Assembly (NCBI GenBank): GCA_013265495.1
Contig: MU062907.1
Coordinates: 6,554,305 to 6,618,304, forward strand
DNA from: Vicugna vicugna
Lineage: Eukaryota
Reading direction: 5' to 3'
Length of the DNA: 64,000 bases
The position numbers and the translations under genes are program-made. The notes beneath the pieces are model-generated. The model worked only from the letters and a program-made list of their open reading frames with translations. It made no database searches and was not told where the DNA came from. Positions within the stretch are counted from its first letter, which is position 1, and every line of letters begins with the position of its first letter. This document shows positions 49,641 to 61,208 of the stretch, piece after piece.

Positions 49641-50040
49641 CAAATGAGGTGGGGGAGAGGACTGCAGAGCAGAGGCAGCCTGTTAATGGCTCTGTACTGG
49701 AGGAGCGTACGTGTGCAGGCATTAAAAAGCAGGTATTGATAAATTTGGGGGTGGGTGACAGATCTGCCAAAAAAAACAGTGGAAGCACAGAGGTGAAACT
49801 GAGTAATGGAGACCACCACAGTAAGCGTTCCTCACCACAGGAGTTCCCCCTCCCCCACCCCGTTCCTGGCATTGGAGCATCTCCCTTTTTCAGGACCAGG
49901 GGCTCTCCCAGCATCTCACTTATTTCAGTAGCTCTTAGCTCAGTAAGCTTCTAACAGTCAGTTGTCAGAGCAGGGGCTCGGTACCGTAGCCTGGCACTGG
50001 GGTCCAGGAACAGACTCTTCTCTTGGGTTGCTCCACTTAC

Positions 50041-50213
50041 CAGGCTAATGCCCTTCACACTGGCGCTACTGTGAGCCACTGGCGTGTTGTCAGGGAGGAG
50101 GGTGCAGCCAGCCAGCATGTCCAGAGAGGATAAGATGGTGTCGTACAGGTGATCTGCGTGGCTCTCCAGCTCACTGGGCTGCTTGGAGATTCTCCTGAGG
50201 ACATCCTTTAACA
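50041..50213 (-). CDS. CEP68: CEP68 exon 6 (173 nt)
   Basis: tttgttag|TG TTA AAG...AGC CTG|gtaagt; (V)LKDVLRRISKQPSELESHADHLYDTILSSLDMLAGCTLLPDNTPVAHSSASVKGISL; end of the spectrin-repeat region. Confidence 0.9.
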
Positions 50214-52442
50214 CTAACAAATGAGGTTTAAGGCAATTAGGCCAAAGAAACAATGCATTTTCAAAAGCACACACAAGGGTGTAGCACTTTTACAAGACAG
50301 GAACACAAGTTTCAGTGTCCACTTTTTTTGACAGAGAGTCTCCAGGGACCATACTGCGCTGGAGGATCTTAAGTTGTTAACTTCTGGCTAAAGCTGAGAC
50401 AAGACTTTTACTGGCTCCACTCCAAAATTACATAATTCACAAAAAGGCAGAGATATGGTTGTCTGGTGACTGGGATCATCTGACTTTTAGAGATAAAACA
50501 GGGCGCACACCCAGATCCCACGGGGCACAAATAAAAACAGTATGCCAAGGTCAGGACTCTGGATCCTGCTACCAGGTCCTGTGCGCTTCTGCTGGCTGTG
50601 GGACTGTCATTTAACATGTGTATAGGTGACCTGGTAACATGGGAATGCTTGTGAACCCTTTTTTGTGGGTCCTAAATGAACAGACTTCAAAAGAAAGTTA
50701 CCTGAAAGCAAGCTAAGACAAGGGTTAGTGAGGCCAAGGTTCCATTCATCTGAGGCCAAGTGTCCATCTGAGGAAGGGACGGGCTAGATTCAGAGTGCAT
50801 CACACACAGCAGGCTTGTTTTTTTTCTCTTAAAAACTTTATTTCCTTTGTTAAACACAAAGGCTGCTTTCGCTTCCTGCGCCTTAATCAGCTGTGTTCAC
50901 ACTCTCCCTAGTTTCCTGCCACAGCTGCAACATCTGCTGGCAGCGGAAGGGAGAGGGGAAGCTGCGTTATCTGCGGAGGATGCTGACAGAGGGGCAGCAG
51001 AAGGCACGGGCTGGCTGTGTGGAGGTCAGCCCTAGGGAAGCCACACCTGTGCAGCAGCAGCAGGGCACAGTGCTGTCCCGACAACTCCCAAGAGGCGGCA
51101 AGGCAGGCTGGGGAGTGTGGCCAGGCTGCATGGTTCTGCTCGCCAGAAAAGGAGAATGGCTGGGTTCTCCCCGACATGTTCACCAGACCTTTGCTCAGTC
51201 TTCCTGTGCATGGTCAGTGGAATTCAGGGGACCTTATCTTCTGAACTTTCATTTTAGAATGTTAGAATGGTTGGTTGGGGCCAAATAAAAGGCAAGTCGG
51301 GAACAGGGATGAGATTATCTTTCCCAGTAAGACTTTGATGTTTTTAATTGAAAAATGTATACAGGGGGCTGGTTCAATTCACGTCAGTAGGGTCCAGTCA
51401 TTTGATCCAGTATAATGAGAATTTGGGGTGTCGGACAGGACTGTCAACTCATGCACCAAAGTAACTGGGTCAAAATGTAGTGAAAACCTGCCATGTGGCC
51501 ACAGGGACACCTCTGGCTGGAGGCGGAGATGGGGGCATCCATCATGAAGGGATTAACGTGGCTTCCTGCCCCTCAGGTTATACTTGTGGCCGAGGAGGAA
51601 AGCAGGCTCTGAAGAAGCTGGAAGGGAGTCCATCTGCGCAGGCTCTACTGACTCTGAGAGACTCTCTAGAGAGAACGGTTGTGCACCTAATTGGAGAGAC
51701 CCTGTGAATGTCAAGGGGAACTCGTGATTTTCACAAAACTGCCAAGTTCCTGACTGTCCTAAGCAGAGGATCAGGAGGGGCAGGGTGTCAATCTCAGCGA
51801 GCCTGGATACAGATCTGAAAACCACAGAAAACCCAAAAACCTCTTACCTGGGCAGTAAAATACCTCTAGACTCCTTTGGAGAGAAGGGCAAAATAAGGAT
51901 AAATTATTACAGATTAAGTCCTGAGAAATATTACTGAATTGATTTTTAAATGAAGGTCAAAAAAGCTGTACTTTTAAAAGGCCCACTGCTACATGTGGCC
52001 TCCAGGAAGCTTCCTTCCTGCTCAGGCTCCTGCTCCCCCCAGGAGCCCGGGAGCCCACACACAGGGGCTGGAGTCTGGCGGCCACACCTTGTGTGGCCCA
52101 AGGAAAACTCACAGCTCTGTGAGGTGAGGGAGTAACAGCATCCACCTCACAGGGCTTCGACTAAATGGAAAAAAAAAAGTGGTATGTCAACTCCTTCAGC
52201 ACAGTGCCTGACACACAGTATTCAGTAAAATGCTGGTGTAGTTACAAGTGGCAAAGGAACTCAGCATTCTGAATTTCTGTCCCAGTAAAACCCAAAAAAC
52301 CCTAGTGTAAAAGAACATCAGAAGAGCCAACGCAAGGCCTCCTGCAGAGACTGCAAAGAGCTCACATAGTTCACACTGGATAATTCATGCCCTGCTGAAA
52401 TCCCTTCAGTGGCTCCTCGTCCCATCAGAGCCCCTCTGTCTG

Positions 52443-52655
52443 TTCAGTTCTCAATCCTGGTGTTTTTTCCCTCCCACGGGATGCTGGCAATGTCCGGAGA
52501 TACTCAGGGCTGTCACAACTGGGGAGGTGCTACTGGCCTCTAGTGGGTAGAGGCCAGGGCTGTTGCTAAATGTCCTGCAATAACAGAACCACCTCCCTCA
52601 CAACAAAGCATTGTAGGGCCCAAAATGTCGAGAGTGCTCAGGGGGACTCCATACC
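52443..52655 (+). mobile_element. MER20-like hAT MITE
   Basis: CAGTTCTCAATCCTGG...GGCAATGTCCGGAGA...GTCACAACTGGGGAGGTGCTACTGGCCTCTAGTGGGTAGAGGCCAGGG. Confidence 0.8.
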
Positions 52656-53562
52656 ACCTCCCTACCGTGCACCCGCCCACTGCTGTTCAGGAAAGCGCCA
52701 CCTCACTGCCTCTCTAAGAGAGCCAGTGGGTCCTGACCAGTTTTGCTTATATTGTTTGCTTCCAGCGTAAACCTCACTTCATCCCAAAACCCAGGCATAA
52801 AATAGGTGAGCTCTTTCCGCGCTTGGTTGTTCCGTCTTACAGGAAATAAGGGGCTGCTTTGGGGGGTCCATCAGTTCACTGCTTTAACCTAGCACTCTCC
52901 CAGCTCATTCTCCATATCATATCTGCCCCCAGCAAGGACAAGGCCAATGGGAAAGCCCTGCACCCTGTATGCTGAGATGTACTCCCCAAGACCATGATCT
53001 CCACACTTCTCTAAGCTGGGAACCCATCCTGTAACAAGGGCTCGAGCTTAGTTTGTGCACCATCTTCCACCTGTCCCCTCCCATCAGTTGACTTCTTCCT
53101 TCAGTCTGTTCCCGGAGAATAGACCAACCACTTTTGGATCCTGGAACAAATTCCTCCCCAAAGCAGATAACCAGAGAGGGGTTTAACCTGCACTGGGAGA
53201 GAAGACCCCTGGGGCTCCCCACTGTGAACACCCTACGTGAAAACCAAGCCAGCATTCCCACCCTAGACACCACCAGGGAAAGACAAAAGCAGTGTCAGTC
53301 CTACAGGCGCAACGCCTGACTTCTCCCTGCACCTGCAGGCCTGCAACTGCCTCATTGTGGTTGCGGGGCCGTGATGTGAGGGGCTGCGGACAGTCGCAGG
53401 CATCCTAAGGCAGTGGGTGCGGATGGGAGGGGGTCTTCCACCACTGGCTCCTTCCCAGGGACAGTATGGGTCTCCGGACTCACCCTGAGAGGGATTAAAC
53501 TGGCTAAATTCACCCCCCCAAAAGAATTAAAAACAAAAAACAAAAAACCCCAAGCATCTCAC

Positions 53563-53659
53563 CTGGAGTATTATCCAACAGGCACTGAAGAAGAATCTCC
53601 CCTTTCTGTAAGACACTCTCCGTCAGAGACTGGTGTTCATCTATTTCTTTCTTAAATTG
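53563..53659 (-). CDS. CEP68: CEP68 exon 5 (97 nt)
   Basis: gctttaag|CAA TTT AAG...ACT CCA G|gtgaga; QFKKEIDEHQSLTESVLQKGEILLQCLLDNTP. Confidence 0.95.
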
Positions 53660-54356
53660 CTTAAAGCATATCAGGAAAAAAGAAAAGAAACTTCATCACT
53701 ATCATTTTGTCAAAGTTAATGGAAATGATCCCTTGCATGGTAAATGGATTTCCCTTTAACCGTCCAGTCCTGAAAATTCCCCAAGTAAACAGTACAATAG
53801 TTTAACTTCACCTTCTTTGAGCCCAAGGCCAACAGAGTCAATCCTCTTTTCTGCTTACAGTTGGACAAAAGGAGCATTTTCTCTTCTCTGGCAGAGCCTG
53901 GCTCATGAACAGCCTGGAGTCAGGGTTTCCTGCTCATGCTACAGCTCACAGGGCTCTCTGTAAACTCACAGGGCTATGAGAGTCTCACACTCACAGTCGT
54001 CTATACCAACAGGCCTAGTAAGTAAGAGCCACAAGAGAGGTGCCGTTAACCTGACCACAGGGAACTGCTGCCTCCACCCCACTCCCCCTCAGGGTCCTGT
54101 TGTCTGTGGACCTTAGGCCTCGGGAAGGCATCAGGGAAGCTCAGTCCCCTAAGCAGCCGACCTCTTTCTTCCTCTCAGTAGCCAGCCTTGTAGCTGTTTC
54201 TGATGTTCCTTTACCTGCTAAGATGTAAAGTCAAATCCATTACCACCTTTAATACAGGGTGCAGGAACTGGTGGTTCACATTTTGAAGCTGTAATTTTAC
54301 TTTTGGATTTACTATACTCCTGTCTTCACTATTCCTGGGCCCTAATACGTGCACTT

Positions 54357-54484
54357 GTTGTTTTTCTTTTTTTGGGGGGGAGAGGTACTGTTTACTTACT
54401 TATTTTTAGAGGAGGTACTGGGGATTGAACCCAGGACCTTGTGTATGCTAAGCATGTGCTCTACCACTCAGCTATACCTCTCTC
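54357..54484 (-). mobile_element. Camelid tRNA-Ala-derived SINE
   Basis: Reverse complement GAGGTATAGCTGAGTGGTAGAGCACATGCTTAGCATACACAAGGTCCTGGGTTCAATCCCCAGTACCTCC; flanked by TGCACTT repeats. Confidence 0.9.
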
Positions 54485-55757
54485 CTGCACTTTTTATTTT
54501 ATTCCTCAGTCCTGTCTGTAGTTTATATAATGCCACAAACCCACTGTGTTATTAAGACAATGTATATGAGACAGAATCACAGTGAAGACATGTGAGCACA
54601 AATGCACATGCCTCTATTAGGTATTTAAGTGGAGGTCAAGGTAGCTCATACATACGCATGAGCCATGTGCCATTTTGTGTGGGGAGGGGCTGACAGTGTG
54701 GTCCCACTTTGGGACACAGTTGTATGGGTGACAAGTGGGTTAGGCTTCAATGATCTGCAGGGATAACTCCCAGCTCAGATCTCAGCTCTACCCACAAAGC
54801 AAGACAGTTGCCTCTGGCTAGCCTGTAAGGGGAGGCTCAGGTCACGGAATGAGGGATAAAAGGGGGGGAATGGAGCTGTTCTACTTGACATCTGCTCTGA
54901 TGGGAACAAGGCTGAGGCGCTCTGGAAAGGCCACCCACGTAGGTCAGACTAGGGCAATTTCCAGGCAATTTCCTCTCCCTGTGGTGGTGCTGCCCCTGGG
55001 CCCTCTGGGAGCAGTCCCCACAGGCTGCACACGCTCTCGGGAGCTGCGCACCGGGGACCATCACACTCAGCCTTCCTCTCCTTTCTCAGTGTACTCTGGG
55101 CAAGAAACTCATGGCCACCTCTCTTCACACAGCAGCAAAAAGCTTCCCACTAGGGTAGGGCAGCTGGCCCACCAGGCCAGGCCCCTCCCCTAAATTTTAG
55201 TTGGCTCCAAGTTAGAAAATAAATGCTCTTCCTCCTGCCTGGGTGTGGTGGGAGCTCTGAGCTGGGTGGTGCCGCCCTGGCTCAGGCACTCATAAATCAC
55301 AGCCTCTTCTGCTCAGTGAACCGTCCCAGCAAACCCTTTCCAGACTAGCATCAAGTTCAGACCACAAACACCACCTCGGCTCCTTCAGACGAGGTTAGAG
55401 AGGCCTGGCCAAACGTACATGCTAGAAGCCAGCGGGTAGTTCACTCAAAGTTAATGTTTATACTTAGGGTAACTGATACCTTATCATCCAATCCACAATA
55501 CTTCTGAGAATGAAGGGGGGACCTACTGATAATTATGCCAGAACAGCACAAACTGTCATCTAGAAACACTTGACCTAAAGTCCAGTTAACTAGAACCCAG
55601 AGATTTTTAACATAACAAAATCTAGAAAGAGATAGCTCCCAACCCCCCAAAATACCCTGCAAAGCAAACTGAGTCATATTTTTGTTTAAATACCATTAAA
55701 ATGCTTTGTGTATATTCTAGACTCAGTACAATTTCAGCTCAAATCCTTAAATAGCAG

Positions 55758-55945
55758 TCAGTGCTGTCCAACAGCACTTTCTGTGATGAAGGGCACGTTC
55801 TACCTGCTCTGTTCAACATGGCAGCCACAAGACAAATGTGATGACTAAATACTTAGAATTTGCTAGAAAAACTGAAAAATCTGATTTTTAATTTTACTTT
55901 ATTTAAATAGCTACATGTGACTCGTGACTTCCTAACAGTGCAGAT
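55758..55945 (+). mobile_element. MER3-like hAT MITE
   Basis: CAGTGCTGTCCAACAGCACTTTCTGTGATG...ATAGCTACATGTGACT. Confidence 0.65.
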
Positions 55946-56243
55946 CTACGCTTACTGATACCTGAGACATTTGAAAAATTTCACTGTGAGTCACCCTTAA
56001 GCAGTTTTGATTGAGGATAAATAAAATGTACTTTCTTCAAACTCTACTTGGCCTGGGAAATAACTCATACATTTTAGTTTTTCAGCATGAAGAATTTGAA
56101 AAGAACCTCGAATTCGATTTCAGGTAAAAGTCAACTGAGCCACAACATACCGAGCATCAGTTATTTGAACTTTTACTTTCTAATCAAGTAATTTAGCCAC
56201 TGCTCTCATGAGTGAATGGCCAGAGGCCAGGACCACGTATTAC

Positions 56244-56366
56244 CCGGTAAAGCTGCAGAGAAGACTTGAGGCTTATGAGACTGGACTTGGGTGGAGTCAG
56301 GTGGTCGGTAACGTCTGCTACGTTGTACAGCCAGCGGATCAGCTCTTCCAGCTGACAGCAAAACGT
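56244..56366 (-). CDS. CEP68: CEP68 exon 4 (123 nt)
   Basis: tctacacag|ACG TTT TGC...TAC CGG|gtaata; TFCCQLEELIRWLYNVADVTDHLTPPKSSLISLKSSLQLYR (start of the spectrin repeat). Confidence 0.95.
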
Positions 56367-57244
56367 CTGTGTAGACAAACAGAACACGTGGTGTTATCCA
56401 TGGAACCGCTGTTCACATTTTCAGAGGCTAAAAATACCTGGGGATCCCAGGATACAGTCTCATCGCCTTTCCAGAGCCTCCCCTCATTGAGGTGCTGGTC
56501 TCCTCTCTGCCCCACTGCCATGACTCCAGACCTCCGCCAGGACATATAAAGAACCCCACCTTGCTTCTGTCCCCTACTCAGGCTGGGAAAGGCCAGCCCT
56601 GTGGGTGAGGATGGAGGAGCTCAGGAGAGGGCAGGGACAGGGACAGCCCAGAAGAGGCCTGCTTGACAGAAACCAGTTCTTGGGTCAGCACTACTGCCAA
56701 CTCTCGAAACACTCCTGGGGAAAACATGAACACACAATACATGACCACAAATCATGACAGATGTGATTCTATGCCTAGAAATGACTGAATTAAAACTGCT
56801 TATCCCTGTTCTGCCCCCATCCTGCCCAGGAAGCCAGGCCCCTAGCCTCCCTCCAGCCCCTCACTTGGGGGCAGCTGTGAGCCAAGCACTTTACCTCACG
56901 GTCTAGCCATCTTTCATCCCAAAGCAGAGCACATGCTAACACTGGTCCTACCTACATCACAGGACAGAGAGTCACTCATGGGATATCACAGGGCAAGTTA
57001 AACCACCCCTCAGGCTGGCTGCCCTGCATCCGTGTGGACATGGTGTCTGGGTGCTCGCCCGGGAAGCAGACTGTGGGCTCTCCGAGTGTGTGGACAGCCA
57101 CCTTCCTGAAGATCCTTGTGTCAGGGACTGCGCGAGGCCCTCGACATGAATTATTCAATTAATCCACACAACATTCCAAAGAGACGAAGCTCCACATTCT
57201 ACAAACAAGCAGACTCAAGAGACAGAGCCGAATACATCTGGAAA

Positions 57245-57840
57245 AAGATGAAACCTCTAATTGGAAATGCACCCCGGTGTTCACAGCAGCACTATTTACA
57301 ATAGCGAAGACATGGAAGCAGCCTAAATGCCCATTAACAGATGACTGGATAAAAAAGATTGTGGTATAGACATACAATGGAATATTACTCAGCCATAAAA
57401 AGGAAACACCATTTGCAGCAACATGGATGGACCTCAAAATTATCATACTAAGTAAAGTAAGTCAGACAGAGAAAGACAAACATCTTAAGATATCACTTAT
57501 ATGTGGAATCTGAACAATAAATGAACTTATTTACAAAACAGAAATAGACTCGTAGAAACAGAAAACAAACTGTGGTTACCAAACAGGAAAAGAGGGGAAG
57601 GGAGAACTCAGGAGTTTGGGATTAAGACTCACACCACTATATATAAAATAGATAAACAAGGATCCACTGTATAGCACAGAGAACTATATTCAGTATCTTG
57701 TAATAACCTAAAATGGAAGAGAATCTGAAAAAAAATGTTTGTATATCTATGTGTGTGTAACTAAATCACTTTGCTGTACACCTGAAACTAAACAACACTG
57801 TAAATCAACTATACTTCAATTTAAGGAAAAAAAAAAAAAG
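57245..57840 (+). mobile_element. 5'-truncated L1 with poly(A) tail (CEP68 intron 3)
   Basis: GCACCCCGGTGTTCACAGCAGCACTATTTACAATAGC...CAACATGGATGGACCTC...CACTGTATAGCACAGAGAACTATATTC...ACACCTGAAACTAA...poly(A). Confidence 0.9.
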
Positions 57841-58329
57841 AGAGACTGAACCCAAATTCTCTTCCAGGGAGTACTAGCTGTATCTCCAGTCTTCGATGGT
57901 CCACAAGGTTCAGTGGCCGTAACTCTGCAATTATACCACTTCCTCAAACTGGAACTCTGAGAAGTCCTGCAGCCAAGAAAACACTTGTGTAGAGCCCTTA
58001 TTCCCCAGAGGCATCTGAGCACAGGTCCTTCTTATACCTCTTAATCCCCAAGGTCAAGGGCCGTGGGGAGCAGCCTGGGGTAGTGGCTGGCAGCTCAGGG
58101 TCTGGGCCTTGCTAACCGTGAAGGGGCAGGTTATACCTAACCTCTTGCTGCCTTTTCCCCCAACTGTGAAATGAGAACAGCAGTAGAGCTGTGAGGATTA
58201 AATAAGATGAGGTGCAGCATGATGCCTGGTGCACACGTGCTCACTGTTAACAGGTTCCCCAGAGGTGAGTGGCCTGCGGGAAGAAGAGACCAGACAACTG
58301 GACGTAAAGCCTCTGAATGCTGACTTTAC

Positions 58330-59859
58330 CTTCACACACTGCACGAGTGACTCTTTCCCTTGCTCTCCTCCTGTCCTGGGAGGCTGCCCTTCAGCATCTG
58401 GATCCAAGAATGCCCGCCGGTCCCACACAGATGGCAAGGAGGCGCGTGTTCTCAGTGGTCCAGAGGAGACCCCCGGGGCCTGGTTGCTCACCAGACTGCC
58501 CTCCCCTGCAGAGCCCCTCGCACGGAGGAAGGAGCGCAGCAAACTGTGGTTCTGGCCCCCAGGGCTCCCGGACCCTCTGAGAGCAGCCCCAGAGGGAAGC
58601 TGGCTTTGGCTGGAGTCCGATGGGAGGGAAGCTGGCCCATCACTGTCTGACACATCCAGAGAGCTCTGTCCTTCAGCAGTGCCAGTGAGCAGGGGCACCA
58701 AGGTGGGAATGGAAGTCAGATACGAAAACAAGCTAGAAACTTGTGTCAGCCGAGGGGGCAGGGCCAGGTACTCGTCGTCACTTTCCACCTCCTCTTCTGA
58801 CCTCCATCTGGACTCCGTGCAGGCCAGGCGCCGGAAGCCCTGGCTGGCCCCTTTCTCTCCTTCCAGCCTGGGTGAAGGCCACTCTCTGCCCCTTGTCCTT
58901 AGGTGGGGAGAGCCCAGCTCAAGGTGCTTGTCCACAGGTGGCCAGTCCTTCACACCATTCAAGGTAGGCTCTCTCCTCTCCCAAGGAGTGTCCCTGCTGC
59001 CTGGGGCTCTGGGCGTAGATGTGAGATGGCTACAAGATGCCAACCCCACACTGCCCTGCTTCTGGGGTATTCCAGAGGGCCGCTGCTTAAGGCCTGGCTC
59101 TCTGGGCCCAGAGAAGGGCAAGGCAGTCACCTCCTCTGGTGGACAACTGTGGGAGACATTAGTAGGTGACTTTAGGGTGCTTGCTGGGGAGATGGAGAAG
59201 CTATCCAGGTCTATGCCTGAGTCCTGCAAAACAGGGTCACCCAGCACGTGGCTGTCAAGGTGCTTTGGGAGCCGAGGGCCGGGCCTGAGTGGGTAAGTAT
59301 AGTCCAGTAGGTCTTCGTACTCTTTATTCGGGTTCCAGAGCGGGGAGCGGCGGTCGGGGGAGGGAGGCAGGGAATCTGGCAGCACACAGGCCCAGTACTC
59401 AGCCTGGAAGGATAGACGCCTCCCGCCCAGCCCGGAAGCATCGCCCCCTGAGGACACAGGCTGGGGTGACCACTGGAGCCGAGGCCCTGGCCCCACCCCC
59501 GAGGGGGCTGAGGGCGGGACGACCAGCTCCAGGGAGGAGGAGACCTGGGCAAGGGAGCAACCCTGAGATGCCACCTTTTCCTGGTGACCCTGAAGGCTGC
59601 TGCCGAGGGACGCAGCAGAACCGCTGCAGCTGGAGGACTGAGGAGCAAGGGCCCCCGGGTTCACGGCGGACCTTCCCCTTGACCGGAACGGCAGGCCTGA
59701 GATGCGAGACTGTGGACTGAGGTCCAGCACCTGCGGCAACTCAACTGGGGACGGGTCATCTTCCATATCAGCATCGTGTCCTGAGCTAAAAGTGGAGACT
59801 CTAGGGACAGGGCGAGTCTGAGGTAGCTCCTTAGAGGCAGGAAGCCTGGTCTCCTCCAT
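58330..59859 (-). CDS. CEP68: CEP68 large exon 3 (1530 nt)
   Basis: cctgtcgttacag|ATG GAG GAG...GTG AAG|gtaaag; 510 codons including FQAEYWACVLPDSLPPSPDRRSPLWNPNKEYEDLLDYTYPLRP, DSGIDLDS and EVESDDEYLALP. Confidence 0.96.
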
Positions 59860-60851
59860 CTGTAACGACAGGAGGGAAGGAAACGGTGAGAATAAGCCAG
59901 CCAAACTGTCCTCGGTGACAACTCGGGAGTTCTCTTTGGGGGCCCAGATGATACTGAGGAAAGGAAGAGGCGACAAGGATCAGATGGAGAGTGTGTGCTG
60001 CTGGTGGCCAGCTCCGGGGAGCAGCCTGTCTTCCCCAAACCGATCCCACCCTCAGTCCTTTCAAAAGTTCTTCCTCCAAAGATGCCCAGTTTGTGGGTGA
60101 GTAGAACTCAAGCCACTCTGTTGTGCTGAAGCTGAAACACACCGCCTAACCTCTGAGAAGCAGACGGAGCCTCAATCATTCTGTCACTGACAGGAGGCAC
60201 ACCCAAACCCGGCAGTCAGGCAATCCACCAGGCCCCACGCTGCTCAGCTCACACCCAGTGGTGACTGAACAGTGACAAATGAGTCCTCCTCTTCAGCCTC
60301 TTCACTTCAGATTGTTAATCTGCTCGATGACGAACCAGCCCCTAAGTGGTTCAGGGCGTGCGCTTTAGAAGCAGACAGATCTGATGCCAACCCCTAACCG
60401 CCAGCTTCCAGATGTACCACTGTGAGCCTCACTTCCCTCACCTGCAAAGTAGGGGTGGTGACAGGGCCATTTCCTGGACCCTCCTTCCCCAAGTCTCCTC
60501 AGGGGACCCCTAAAGCCTCCACAGCACCAAGTCAACAACAGGACATGGCTCCTCCATCACAGCTCCCTGGCCTAGCCCTCTGGGCAGAAGTCTTGCCCAT
60601 AGCATGCTGGGTCCTCAAAAGATCACCAGTCACACTCTTGAGGAACAGCAGATGCTGTGGACAGAGCCCCCTGCTGGCAACAAGGCCCAACTCTCCACCT
60701 GAACCTATAAAACAGAAGTCATCACCCAGGCTCCCCAAATACCCCACCGTGGACAGGGGGCGGGGAAGGCACGTTAGACAGTGAGACAGTGCTGGGGCAC
60801 TCAGCGGATGGCATCAGGTACACCTACAGTCCCATCTGCCGTCGTACTCAC

Positions 60852-61208
60852 CTGGCTCCCCACGGAGTGCAGGTCTCCGGTCCCCAGGCCAGCAGGAGGA
60901 AGCAGGCAACCAAAAGCAGGCTGAGACCCACCCGCTACCGGCTCCTGGCTGGCCCTGCTGGCCTGTGGCTGGGAGGCTCCAGAGGGGCCAGGGTCAGTCC
61001 CTCCACAGCAGGCAAGGGCAGGGAGCCCCTCGGTGCCTGCGACAGGGGAGGCAAGCCCTCCCTCAGCTTCCAGGCGTGGCGGCAGCTGCTCCCTGTGCAT
61101 GGGCCCCGGACTGTCCGCCTCCTGCTCCCTGCAGCTCCACCTCCCACAGGACGGGGCCTTTGTGTCTGCAGATGCCGCCACCTCTACCTTTTCTTCTCCC
61201 AGAGCCAT
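60852..61208 (-). CDS. CEP68: CEP68 first coding exon (exon 2 spans 60852-61250; ATG at 61208)
   Basis: MALGEEKVEVAASADTKAPSCGRWSCRE...SVGSQ|gtgagt (119 codons); acceptor ttttctcttcctttcccattttgtag| 42 nt upstream of the ATG. Confidence 0.95.

Noticed and set aside
49448-49954. 168-aa + strand ORF in the last CEP68 intron
   Set aside because: Non-ATG start, no homology I can recognise, no splice context, and it includes the in-frame-breaking-prone tandem duplication.
58229-59296. 355-aa antisense ORF over CEP68 exon 3
   Set aside because: Starts at GTG and is a typical stop-poor shadow frame of a GC-rich coding exon; no independent signals.
58198-59976. 592-aa ORF as a single-exon gene
   Set aside because: Only 58330-59859 is exon. 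The flanks are intronic (pyrimidine tract upstream, GT donor and a MIR-like fragment downstream).
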